64,000 nucleotides of DNA. Source: an uncultured bacterium. Lineage in GTDB: Bacteria; Babelota; Babeliae; Babelales; JACPOV01. A model generated the notes under the pieces. It made no database searches and was not told the DNA's origin. It saw only the letters and a program-made list of their open reading frames with translations. The translations under genes were made by a program, and so were the position numbers. Positions 21,801 through 33,289 of the stretch are shown here, piece after piece. The stretch is from NCBI GenBank assembly GCA_963744715.1, contig CAVUUR010000004.1, positions 1-64,000 on the forward strand. Reading direction: 5' to 3'. Within the stretch, counting starts at the first letter, position 1; each line of letters starts with the position of its first letter.

Positions 21801-24800
21801 ACATTGCCAGTAAGATTTGCAGCAATGGTACCCGCCGCAAAATTACCGGAAGCGTCTCGTTTGACGATCGTAGAAGCTGTGTCCGTACTTGTTGCAGCAT
21901 TTGCAGCAACCGTTGCCGAAGAAACATTTGCCGCAGTCTGACCGCCAACAGTACTAACAACCGTTGCACTTTGCGTACCCGTCACATCACCACTCAATGA
22001 ACCGGTAAAATTAGTGGCTGAACTGGCAGAACCGGACAAATTTGCAGTAATTGTTCCTGCAGAAAAATTACCTGATGCATCACGTGCAACGATCGAACTT
22101 GGCGTATTGGCACTTGTTGCAGTTGTGGCAGAATTGGCCACTTTGCCAGCAGTGGAAATGGTAGCCAATTTTGAGTCAGTAATGGCAGCGGATGCACTCA
22201 CATCGGCGTTGACAATGAGTGAAGTAGATAAATTACCTGAAGCATCAGTATGCACAACCCCTGCACTATTTAATCCATCAATAGTAACAACACCTGCCGA
22301 TGAGATTTTCATACGCTCAGATCCTGCAGTGCTCATTGAGAGTGTGTCTGCAGTAGCTGCAGAAAATCAGGTCGTTGGACTTCCGGTAAAATTTAATGAT
22401 GGAGTGCTCGCAGTTCCTGCAGGCAGTTGCAATGCACCGGTCATAGTATCACCAGCTTTAGAAACTTTACCATTAAGCTGCGTTTGTACCGAAGAAGTAG
22501 TCCCTGATAAAAATCCTAATTCGGTGTCGGTCGTAACACTTGAAGTTAATTGATCACTTGCATTGGTCGTAAGCGCTCTATTGGCAGTCAAACCTGCTAC
22601 GATTAAATTACCATCAGTCTGTAATGTTCCAGCTGAAGCGCGATATAAATCGGTGTCACCAGCCCAAACAAGTTTCGCTTGCATGTTAGTTGGCAATGGC
22701 GTGTTAGTTGCTGTAGGAAATTCTACCTGATTATCAAAACCATTGAGTACCATCACCGCGTTTGATCCACGTGCAGCCTGTCCCGACGTATCGTTATTAC
22801 TGTAGTTAAAATTTAAATCTGCCGAAGTACCTACTTTGTTAATACTCCATCCACGAACATTATCGGGCATCCCCACATTACCCGTATCAGAAATAAGCGT
22901 AATGCCTGCTTGTTTTGTACGATCTTGCGTCACGACAAAATAAGAAGCATCATTATTTGTTGCCTGCGTACCATTACATGTTGGATCATTAGTAGGATTT
23001 TCATAGATCGTTCCCTTAGCTCCATAATAATTCGGCTCATAGGTAAGAGTCGGTACTGTTCCCGTAGCGTTGAGTACTTCATAGAGAGATTGCTGAGTAT
23101 CAGTTGTGTTACCGATTGCAAGATGTGCTGGTAGCGTAGCTTCATCAAATGCTGCAAAACTCACGTTTGTAGGGTTAGCAATACTTATATCATCGACTGA
23201 AAAGACGCCACCTAAAAAATGTAACGTAGAACTACCAACTTGCACGACATCAGTCGTACAATTTGATATCGAAACAGAATCAGCAAAAATAGAGGTACTG
23301 CTTGTATCTCCTGTTGCACCACAAGCAATAGCGGTAACCGCACCATCAATTGAACAAGAATCGGCGCGTATAGTAGCGCCCGTTGTTGCTTGTAATGCGG
23401 TTCCTTGCGCAACACCTGCAGTGGCACATTGGAAGCTGCATCCAGTAATTGCTATGGTAGTGCCAGCACCCGATGCTTGTATATTAACGGTATTTGTAAA
23501 ATTATTTGCAAAATTATAACCAACAATAGTTGCCGCACTGCTCCCAGAAATCACGATACCATTATTACAACTGCCCCAACTACCAGAAATAAATTCTACC
23601 GTTGCACCTCCCGTTATGGATGCACCAGTGTCCATGGTACCAAATACTACGCCCTCAACAGCCATGCCAGCGGCACTGCCTATAACACTAATTCCCGTAT
23701 TTACCGGTGAGCCAGTTAAAGAGCCCACAATAATTGAATTTTTCAGAGCAGCAGAAGCATTGTTAATTGCTATACCAGTTCCATTAGCAAGTGCTTGTAT
23801 ATTTTCAAGAGCAAGCTGAGCTGCCGTAGTTGCTGATATATTAATTCCCGTTTGGAATTGGCGAATATCAAGCGATTCAAAGCGACCTATCCCTGGCGAA
23901 CTACTTATTATGGAAATTCCATTTGCTGTTGAACCAATCCCACCTGCTTGTATTCCAAATTGACTAAATAATATATTAGCAGTGGTACAACTGAATAAAT
24001 CAATCGATAAATCTTGTGGTATTACAATAGTGCCTGATATTGAGCTTCCCACAATGTTAATACCATCAGCGGTAATAGTAATTGGGCCACCTGAATTGTT
24101 TTCAATAAAGATACCTGCACCAATTTGGATAGCTATAGGATTAGCAAAACTTGCAACAGTATTGGCTACTGACACAGCTTGGCTCACAGTTCTAAATGGG
24201 GCACTGAATGAACCATCGTTACTATCGTTGCCATTCAAATCAACATAATATGTTTTACTCACAGAAGGTGTTCCACCAACCGTTGCCCACTGTGTAGCGG
24301 AAGCGGAAGATGCTTGTAGAAATTGCCCAATAATTGGAGCTGTCGCAGGCAAATCAACCGTATAACTGCTTGGTACTGACGTTGGGGCACGCAATCCAAC
24401 ATATCCACTATTTGTCGCGTCTTGCCAGCGTATTGCTGATTGTGAGGCCAGAGCAAGATTACCCGTCATAGTATCACCAGTTTTGAGCACATTCAATGAC
24501 GCCGCACCAATCAAGCTTGCAGTGATGGTATTTGCAGAAAAATTTCCGGAGCCATCACGAGCAACAATGGTACTTGGCGTATTGGCACTTGTTGCATCAG
24601 TTGCAAGGATAATATTATCAGTGTTGTTCGTAATAAGTATATGAGAATCACCGGCACCAATAGTTTTCAAGTTAATCGTATTACCCGTTTTATCTCGAAA
24701 GATCTGACCGACTTGACCGCCAACATTTGCAGCAGTTGTTTGGTCTTGCATAGAAAATTGTGCAAAAGTAATCGGATCAGTATCAATAATAGCTGTTGGC

Positions 24801-27800
24801 GTATTACAAACCCAACTTGTACCTGCATTGATAGTTCCAGATTCAATAAGTACATAGGCAGTACCAGCCTCAGTGCCTGAAGCAAAATCAGTTGGACGTG
24901 TCCAGCTGCCAGCTTGGGCGAGCCAAAGACCATTTTGTACTGGATTTGTTTGACCGACTAATAAGACACGGGCATTGCTTATAAGTGTAACACCATCGAT
25001 TGTCTGTAATCCAGTTAAGGTAATATTGGTCAGAGAAACAACAACAGCAGGACTGTGGACCGTAAAGCCCGTGGCAACTGCATTGTCTACATATGATTTT
25101 GTTGCCACATCATTAGGGTTAGTGACACTACCACTGATTAAAATCATGTTGGTGCTAAAATTCCCGAAAGAATCACGCGCTACAATCGTAGAAGGTGTAT
25201 TAGTACTTGTTGCAGCATTTGCAGCAACCGTTGCCGAAGCGACATTTGCCGCAGTCTGACCACCAACGGTAGAGACAACCGTTGCACTTTGTGTGCCAGT
25301 CACATCACCCGATAATGAACCAGTAAAATTGGTAGCCGTTGTGGCACTTGTTGCAGAAGTTGCTGTCGTCGCATTACCAAACAGATTCCCGTCACATCAC
25401 CCGTAACATCACCAGTAAGACTTGCAGTTATTGTGCCCGCAGAAAAATTTCCCGAAGCGTCTCTGCGTACAATAGTGCTTGCAGTATTATTTGCAGTTGC
25501 AGCATTTGCAGCAACCGTTGCTGAAGCAACATCTGTTGCACTTTGACCACCAACAGTATTGACAACCGTTGCACTTTGCGCGCCAATCACATCACCAACT
25601 AATGATCCGGTAAAATTGGTGGCAGTTGTGGCCGAAGTTGCACTCGTGGCATTACCGGAAAGGTTCCCAGTACATTACCAGTAAGATTTGCAGTAATGGT
25701 ACCCGCTGCAAAATTACCTGATGCATCACGCTGGACGATAGTAGAAGCTGTGTTCGTACTTGTTGAAGCATTTGCAGCAACCGTCGCTGATGCAATATTT
25801 GTAGCAGTCTGACCGCCAACGGTAGAAACAACCGTTGCACTTTGTGTACCCGTCACATCACCACTCAATGAACCGGTGAAATTGGTGGATGAACTGGCAG
25901 ACCCGGAGATATTACCAGTTAGATTTGCAGTAATATTATTTGCAGAAAAATTTCCTGAACTATCACGTGCAACGATCGCACTTGGCGTATTTACATCCGT
26001 TGCAGTTGTGGCAGAATTGGCAACTTTGCCAACAGTGGAAATGGTAGCTAATTTGGTATCAGTAATGGCAGCAGATGCACTCACATCAGCATCGACAATA
26101 AGTGAAGTTGATAAAGCACCAGAAGGATCCGTATGCACTACACCTGCACTATTTAATCCATCAATGGTAACAATACCTGTTGCTGAAATGTTCATGCGCT
26201 CAGATCCTGCAGTGCTCATTGAGAGTGTGTCTGCAGTAGCTGCAGAAAAACCAGTCGCTGGACTTCCCGTGAAATTTAATGACGGAGTGCTTACTGCTCC
26301 AGCAGGCAGTTGTAGAGCACCGGTCATAGTATCACCAGCTTTCAAAACATTTAAGGATGCTGCTCCAGTAAGATTTGCAGCAATGGTGCCCGCTGCAAAA
26401 TTACCGGAAGCGTCTCGTTTGACGATCGTAGAAGCTGTGTCCGTACTTGTTGCAGCATTTGCAGCAACCGTTGCCGAAGCAACATTTGTCGCAGTCTGAC
26501 CGCCCACAAGACTGACCACGGTTGCACTTTGCGTACCCGTCACATCACCAACTAATGATCCTGTAAAGTTTGTAGCAGTTGTGGCCGAAGTTGCACTCGT
26601 GGCATTACCGGAAAGGTTCCCAGTCACATTACCAGTAAGATTTGCAGTAATATTATTTGCAGAAAAATTACCGGAAGCATCACGTTTAACGATCGTAGAA
26701 GCTGTGTCCGTACTTGTTGCAGCATTTGCAGCAACCGTTGCTGATGCAATATTTGTAGCAGTCTGACCGCCAACGGTAGAAACAACCGTTGCACTTTGTG
26801 TACCCGTCACATCACCACTCAATGAACCGGTGAAATTGGTGGCTGAACTGGCAGAACCGGAGATATTACCAGTTAGATTTGCAGTAATATTATTTGCAGA
26901 AAAATTTCCTGATGCATCACGTGCAACGATCGAACTTGGCGTATTGGCACTTGTTGCAGTTGTGGCAGAATTGGCCACTTTGCCAACAGTGGAAATGGTA
27001 GCTAATTTGGTATCAGTAATGGCAGCAGATGCACTCACATCAGCATCGACAATAAGTGAAGTTGATAAAGCACCAGAGGGATCCGTATGCACTACACCTG
27101 CACTATTTAATCCATCAATGGTAACAATACCTGTTGCTGAAATGTTCATGCGCTCAGAGCCGGCAGTACTCATCGATAATGTATCGGCAGTAGCTGCAGA
27201 AAATCCAGTCGTTGGACTTCCCGTGAAATTTAATGACGGAGTGCTTACTGCTCCAGCAGGCAGTTGTAGAGCACCAGTCATAGTATCACCAGCTTTCAAA
27301 ACATTTAAGGATGCTGCTCCAGTAAGATTTGCAGCAATGGTGCCCGCTGCAAAATTACCGGAAGCGTCTCGTTTGACGATCGTAGAAGCTGTGTCCGTAC
27401 TTGTTGCAGCATTTGCAGCAACCGTTGCCGAAGAAACATTTGCCGCAGTCTGACCGCCCACAAAACTGACCACGGTTGCACTTTGTGTGCCCGTCACATC
27501 ACCAACTAATGAACCGGTAAAATTAGTGGCTGAACTGGCAGAACCGGACAAATTTGCAGTAATTGTTCCTGCAGAAAAATTTCCTGAACTATCACGTGCA
27601 ACGATCGAACTTGGCGTATTGGCACTTGTTGCAGTTGTGGCAGAATTGGCAACTTTGCCAGCAGTAGCAATGGTAGCCAATTTTGAGTCAGTAATGGCAG
27701 CGGATGCACTCACATCAGCATCGACAATAAGTGAAGTTGATAAAGCACCAGAAGGATCAGTATGTACTACCCCTGCACTATTTAATCCATCAATAGTGAC

Positions 27801-30800
27801 AACACCTGTCGATGAGATTTTCATGCGCTCGGATCCCGCAGTGCTCATTGAGAGTGTGTCTGCAGTAGCTGCAGAAAATCCGGTCGTTGGACTTCCGGTA
27901 AAATTTAATGATGGAGTGCTCGCAGTTCCTGCAGGCAGTTGCAATGCACCGGTCATAGTATCACCAGCTTTAGAAACTTTACCATTAAGCTGCGTTTGTA
28001 CCGAAGAAGTAGTCCCTGATAAAAATCCTAATTCGGTGTCGGTCGTAACACTTGAAGTTAATTGATCACTTGCATTGGTCGTAAGCGCTCTATTGGCAGT
28101 CAAACCTGCTACGATTAAATTACCATCAGTCTGTAATGTTCCAGCTGAAGCGCGATATAAATCGGTGTCACCAGCCCAAACAAGTTTCGCTTGCATGTTA
28201 GTTGGCAATGGCGTGTTAGTTGCTGTAGGAAATTCTACCTGATTATCAAAACCATTGAGTACCATCACCGCGTTTGATCCACGTGCAGCCTGTCCCGACG
28301 TATCGTTATTACTGTAGTTAAAATTTAAATCTGCCGAAGTACCTACTTTGTTAATACTCCATCCACGAACATTGTCAGAGTTCCCAGCATTAACGGTATC
28401 AGAAATAAGCGTAATGCCTGCTTGTTTTGTACGATCTTGCGTCACGACAAAGTAAGAAGCATCATTATTCGTTGCTTGAGTACCATTGCACGTTGGATCA
28501 CTGGTAGGGTTCTCATAAATCGTTCCTTTAGCGCCGTAATAATTCGGTTCATAGGTAAGATTTGGTACTGTTCCTGTACTGCTGATCACTTGATACAAGA
28601 CTTGTCTAGTATCAGTCGTATTGCCAATAGAAAGACTTGCAGGAAGCGTTGCTATATCAAATCCAGAAAAACTTACATTGGTAGGATTTGCAATGGTAAC
28701 TTTATTTGTTGAAAACGTACCACCGACAAAATTAAGTGCAGAACTTCCCACTTGCACTACATCGGTTGTACAATTTGATATCGAAACAGAATTTGCATTG
28801 ATGGAAGTAGTATTGGTGTCTCCCGTTGCACCACACGAAATCGCAATAATTGCACCATCAATTGAACAAGAATCGGCGCGCATAGTAGCGCCTGTTGTAG
28901 ATTGCAATGCGACACCTTGCGCAATACCTGCAGTAGCACATTGAAAACTCGATCCAGTAACCACTATAACAGTTCCTGCATTAGATCCGCTTACATTGAT
29001 TGAACTTGCATTATTAGTTACAAAATTACATCCGGTTATATCCGTTTTACTTGCGCCAGAGACAATAATACTATTAGTGCCCGAGACAAAATTACTCCCT
29101 ACTAATAGAAGATTTGCACCGCCAACAACCGATATGCCCGTTTGTACGAGCGTGAATAAAGTACTTAATGTCGATACGAGTGATTTTGATCCATTAACGA
29201 TCATGCCAGTATTTGCGGGAGTACTGCCAGTGGTAGCACCGCTAAACGCTGAATTTCTGACTATGCTTCGGATATTAGTAGTAGAAAGTCCAGTACTATT
29301 ATTTAAAAATTGAACACTATCACATAATATGATTGGTATCCCTGTCGTACTGCTAGTATTCAAACCCGTTTGAAATTGATTAATGATTAATAATTGAAAC
29401 TCACCCACTCCCATCGTATCAGTCACCACCGAAATAGCACTTGCTGTCGATGAGGGCGAACCTGAGAGCGTAAAACTAATAAATTGAGTGCTTGCCGTTG
29501 TACAATGAAATAAATCAATAGAAGCAGTCGATGGTGTTATTATGGTACTTATTGTAGAACTTCCGACAATACTGATACCATTAGCGGTAATCGTAATTGG
29601 TCCGCCCGAATTGTTTTCAACAAAGATACCTGCCCCAACTTGAATAACGACAGGATTTGCCGAGCTCGCAACAGAATTGGCTACTACCACTGCATGGCTC
29701 ACTGTTCTGAATGGTGAGCTTATTGAACCATCGTTACTATCATTACCATTCAAATCAACGTAATATGTTTTAGTCGCAGAAGGTGTTCCACCGATCGTTG
29801 CCCACTGCGTAGCAGAGGAGGAAGATGCTTGTAAAAATTGCCCAACGGTTGGCGCTGTTCCCGGCAAATCGACCGTATAACTGCTGGGTACTGACGTTGG
29901 TGCACGTAGTCCAACATATCCACTACTTGTCGCATCCTGCCATTGTATTGGTGATTGCGCAGCCATCGCAAGAGGACCTGTCATAGCATCACCAGCTTTG
30001 AGCACATTCAGTGATGCTGCACCAATTAAATTTGCGGTAATGGTACCCGCAGAAAAATTTCCTGAGCCATCACGTTTTACAATAGTATTAGCAGTGTTAG
30101 AAGCTGTTGCAGCATTTGTAGCAACCGTTGCTGAAGCAACATTTGCAGCAGTCTGCCCACCAACAAGGCTCACCACCGTTGCACTTTGTGTACCGGTCAC
30201 GTCACCACTCAGTGAGCCAGTAAAATTAGTCGCTGTTGTTGCCGTTGTTGCATTGCCAGACAGATTTCCAGTTACATTTCCGGTTACGTTACCTGTTACA
30301 TCCCCACTTACATTACCAGTAACATTGCCGCTTACATTACCCGTAAGATTTCCTGTGAGAGTTGTAGCAGAAAGAGTAGTTGCATTGATTATATTGGCTG
30401 TCAGAGCGTTAACATTCGTGATATTATCAGAATCATCAAGTGTAATCCCCGATTCCTGTATACTCGTTGACCCACTGGGCGTATCTGTTCTGATGATTCG
30501 ATTATCAGCAGAAAATAGTGTCATTGTTTCCACATTGCCACTACCTGCTGGTGTTGCATAAATTAAATTTCCTGCACCATCACTTCCCAAAAATGTATTG
30601 ACTGCTCCTACTATGTTAGGCCAGCTTACCGTATTGCCATTTTTGGTGATACCTTCAATAGTAATGTTACCAGAATCATCAACTAATACTGAAGAATCTT
30701 TAATGACCTTGCCGGTATTATCTGCATATCGTGCCACCGCATTTATAGTAGAGGAAGAGGGACCTACAACTATATTACTACCACCTGATATTATTGTGCC

Positions 30801-31064
30801 ATCAACAACAAGATCGCCGTTTATAACTTCTGAACCACCTACAGTCACACTGCCTTCAATAAATTCGTTTGACTGGATAAGAACATTATTAAATACAACA
30901 GTATTTGGTATAGAAACTGGTGTAAATCGCGTTATTACTCGATTGTCTGATTCTGATGTTTCCGTTTTTTTTTCTAAAATTGCTTTCTCAGCGCCATCTG
31001 CTGACAAGCAATGCATATGCGCTAATAATACAATCAATGAAATAATATATGTGCTGTGCTTCAT
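18899..31064 (-). CDS. Giant repetitive secreted fibre/adhesin-like protein (~4,055 aa once two 1-nt deletions and one in-frame TGA are repaired)
   Basis: ORFs 25599-31064, 25300-25590, 22367-25303 and 18899-22336 share the same repeats. Sister repeats show a missing base near 25671, a missing base near 25388 and GGA>TGA at 22367-22369. Signal peptide, KAGDTMTG repeats and two YYVDLNGNDSNDG beta-helix modules. Confidence 0.8.
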
Positions 31065-31094
31065 GACATGACCCGTGTTTTAAAGTTTCAATGT

Positions 31095-32726
31095 TTATAC
31101 TGAAATGGCAACATTTATAGAGATCGCCCATTGGTTGAGAGCTTTCCAACGTTGACCAAATTCAACTTCTCCTTCAACAAAAAAATCTATGTCTAAACTG
31201 TCGCACTCACAAAAGGAATAAGAATAACCAAGAGCGGCAAATATTTTATTAGAACATGCAAAAGGATGCAGTGGCGTAGTAAAATCGATATCACAGACGT
31301 CAAGCACTTGCGTGGAGTTATCAGGTGATCCTGGATTTCCTATAGTTGCATTGCTTGCTGTTGTTAAATCTCCGATGCACAAATCTGAAAATGTATCAGT
31401 GATTGATAAAGGTAAATCACCTTTTATTCCATAAGTGTTTTTAGTAAAGTTTTTTAAACAGACGGTCTTGCCAATATGTTCTCTGCTGCGAGCCCAATAG
31501 TTGTATCCAACATCAAGTGATACCCCGTTGCAATGTTTATAATGTAACAACAGTGAACTATCGAACATGACATTGCCACCTATATTGGCTTTCCCTGCGA
31601 AAATATTGGCTACACGCTCACCTGCTTGAACTACGCCATTGTTCATGTCAAACACTTTCAGCAGCATGTACTGACTACCTGCGCCATTGCGTTGCAATGA
31701 AAAAACACGCGTTTGTTTGGATTTCAATAGATATGTGAGTGTGGCATCAAAATACAAATCAAGAGCTTTGTTTTCTGAATTATCTAAAAAAGTATACAGT
31801 CCAAGCAATGTGGTACCTATCTGCCATGATCGATTTGCACCGACGATTGGTTCAAGCAAATAACGTCCATGTGGCTTATTTCCTGTGGGTATTATAACAC
31901 AACCACCCCAATTAAAAAATCCATCAGGGGATCTTACAATATCATAGTTTAAGTCAAATCGAATGCTTGCTAGAGCGGTTTTTTCTTTTGAATCGGTATA
32001 AAATTTTCCATAGTATAATGCTGGTATTGCACCAAATGCTTGATCCCCCACAAAGGCTGCGCAAATAGAGGTGTATGCAAGAGGAGCTGTATTACATGTT
32101 GTGGTGTAGGCTCCCGGTGGATATGTTCCCGATTGTGCAAGATCAATGGTGCGGCAATGCATGCCAAGATTTGTCCTTGTATTTGCTAAAGTCAAATAGA
32201 TTCGCGACCAAAGACCACATATCCAGGATTCAAGATCAAACCAGGTATTAAACGTTACAATGGTATTTCGTATACTCGGGTTTAAAGAAAGTGTGCCAAT
32301 GATACCCGGTGCACCATCTTCCGTCATTAAACCAAATTGCCCTCCATCAACATCAAATGTTTGTGAGCCGTTTGGAGTACCTATCGAAATAGTGTTGCAT
32401 CCATTGAATAAAAACCATTTTGCAAGCAGATTTTTTTTATCGAAAAAAGTATGTTGAACTCCTACACTACAATCCAAGCCCCACCAGTAATCATAGGCAT
32501 GCTCTTCATGTGCAATTTTAGTAACTCTCAGCGCGGAATTTGAATCTTGAGGGCGAATAGAAAAAAAACTTTTACCAAAAGAGCGATCACTACCACCCGT
32601 CTTGTGGCAAGGGATCGCAACACAGGTGTCAAATGTATTGCACTGTTGCAGAGAACAATGGCTGGTAATAGCGTATAAGCTTATGATAAATGATCGTACA
32701 CAAAGCAAAAAAAAATTTTGTTGCAT
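31095..32726 (-). CDS. Cys-rich secreted protein, probable outer-membrane beta-barrel
   Basis: Signal peptide, many amphipathic strands, terminal strand QWAISINVAISV; ends 30 bp before the giant gene starts. Confidence 0.55.
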   Translation of the reverse strand: MQQNFFLLCVRSFIISLYAITSHCSLQQCNTFDTCVAIPCHKTGGSDRSFGKSFFSIRPQDSNSALRVTKIAHEEHAYDYWWGLDCSVGVQHTFFDKKNLLAKWFLFNGCNTISIGTPNGSQTFDVDGGQFGLMTEDGAPGIIGTLSLNPSIRNTIVTFNTWFDLESWICGLWSRIYLTLANTRTNLGMHCRTIDLAQSGTYPPGAYTTTCNTAPLAYTSICAAFVGDQAFGAIPALYYGKFYTDSKEKTALASIRFDLNYDIVRSPDGFFNWGGCVIIPTGNKPHGRYLLEPIVGANRSWQIGTTLLGLYTFLDNSENKALDLYFDATLTYLLKSKQTRVFSLQRNGAGSQYMLLKVFDMNNGVVQAGERVANIFAGKANIGGNVMFDSSLLLHYKHCNGVSLDVGYNYWARSREHIGKTVCLKNFTKNTYGIKGDLPLSITDTFSDLCIGDLTTASNATIGNPGSPDNSTQVLDVCDIDFTTPLHPFACSNKIFAALGYSYSFCECDSLDIDFFVEGEVEFGQRWKALNQWAISINVAISV

Positions 32727-32986
32727 ATTTTTTTCACATACACATTTAAAAATTACTACTTCAACTTTTCCAAGTTAAGGAAGAGTTATTATGAAAGTCA
32801 ACTCTTTATGTACATTTCGCTACAAGCGCTATCTACTCTTATTCAACTGCTTTTTTTTTCTTCAAATTCTACTCTTCTACTTTTATTGCTGATGTAAATT
32901 TCGTCTAAGATTAATAATTCCCAACTAAATAGCCTGGCTTTTAACCTGGCTATATTTAAGTTTTATTGGGATGCCGCAAATTCCTC

Positions 32987-33068
32987 ATTCAATACCATCT
33001 AAGAAACATTAAAACAGTCCGATTGATAATTATCATATAAAGGATTCTATTACAATATTTTGTTATGG
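32987..33068 (+). repeat. 82-bp direct repeat copy B (pairs with 18592-18674)
   Basis: Manual alignment. Confidence 0.9.
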
Positions 33069-33289
33069 CATACCGTAGAGGTTTGCAGATTAGAATTTAT
33101 GGATGCCAGGAGTTTAAGAGGTGCTAAAAAAATTCTTGCTTAACCATTTATTTTGGCTCATGATCGAGTTTCGGAACGCGGGCTGTATTTGTTTTTTATC
33201 AAAATATTTGTACGGACAATCTCAATCTTGAAACTCATTGTTACATTGTGTTACTTTCATCACAAAATCAGTACCCTTAAAAAAAGGAT

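Noticed and set aside
22367..22369. In-frame TGA at a Gly position, suggesting genetic code 25 or readthrough
   Set aside because: TGA ends ordinary genes here (e.g. at 6143, 10462, mreC) and no other long ORF needs readthrough; a single substitution or sequencing error is simpler.
25380..25680. Programmed frameshifting or phase variation in the giant gene
   Set aside because: The missing bases are not in long homopolymers or slippery sites, and the assembly has many indels elsewhere.
19400..28100. CRISPR array or DGR template/variable repeats
   Set aside because: The repeats are long in-frame coding units with mostly synonymous differences; there are no spacers, cas genes or reverse transcriptase.
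18899..31064. Prophage or tailocin, based on the tail-fibre motifs
   Set aside because: No capsid, terminase, sheath, baseplate, lysis or integrase genes, and the protein has a signal peptide.
18951..31071. Long plus-strand ORFs antisense to the giant gene
   Set aside because: Shadow frames of Ala/Thr/Ser/Gly-rich repeats with no independent protein features.
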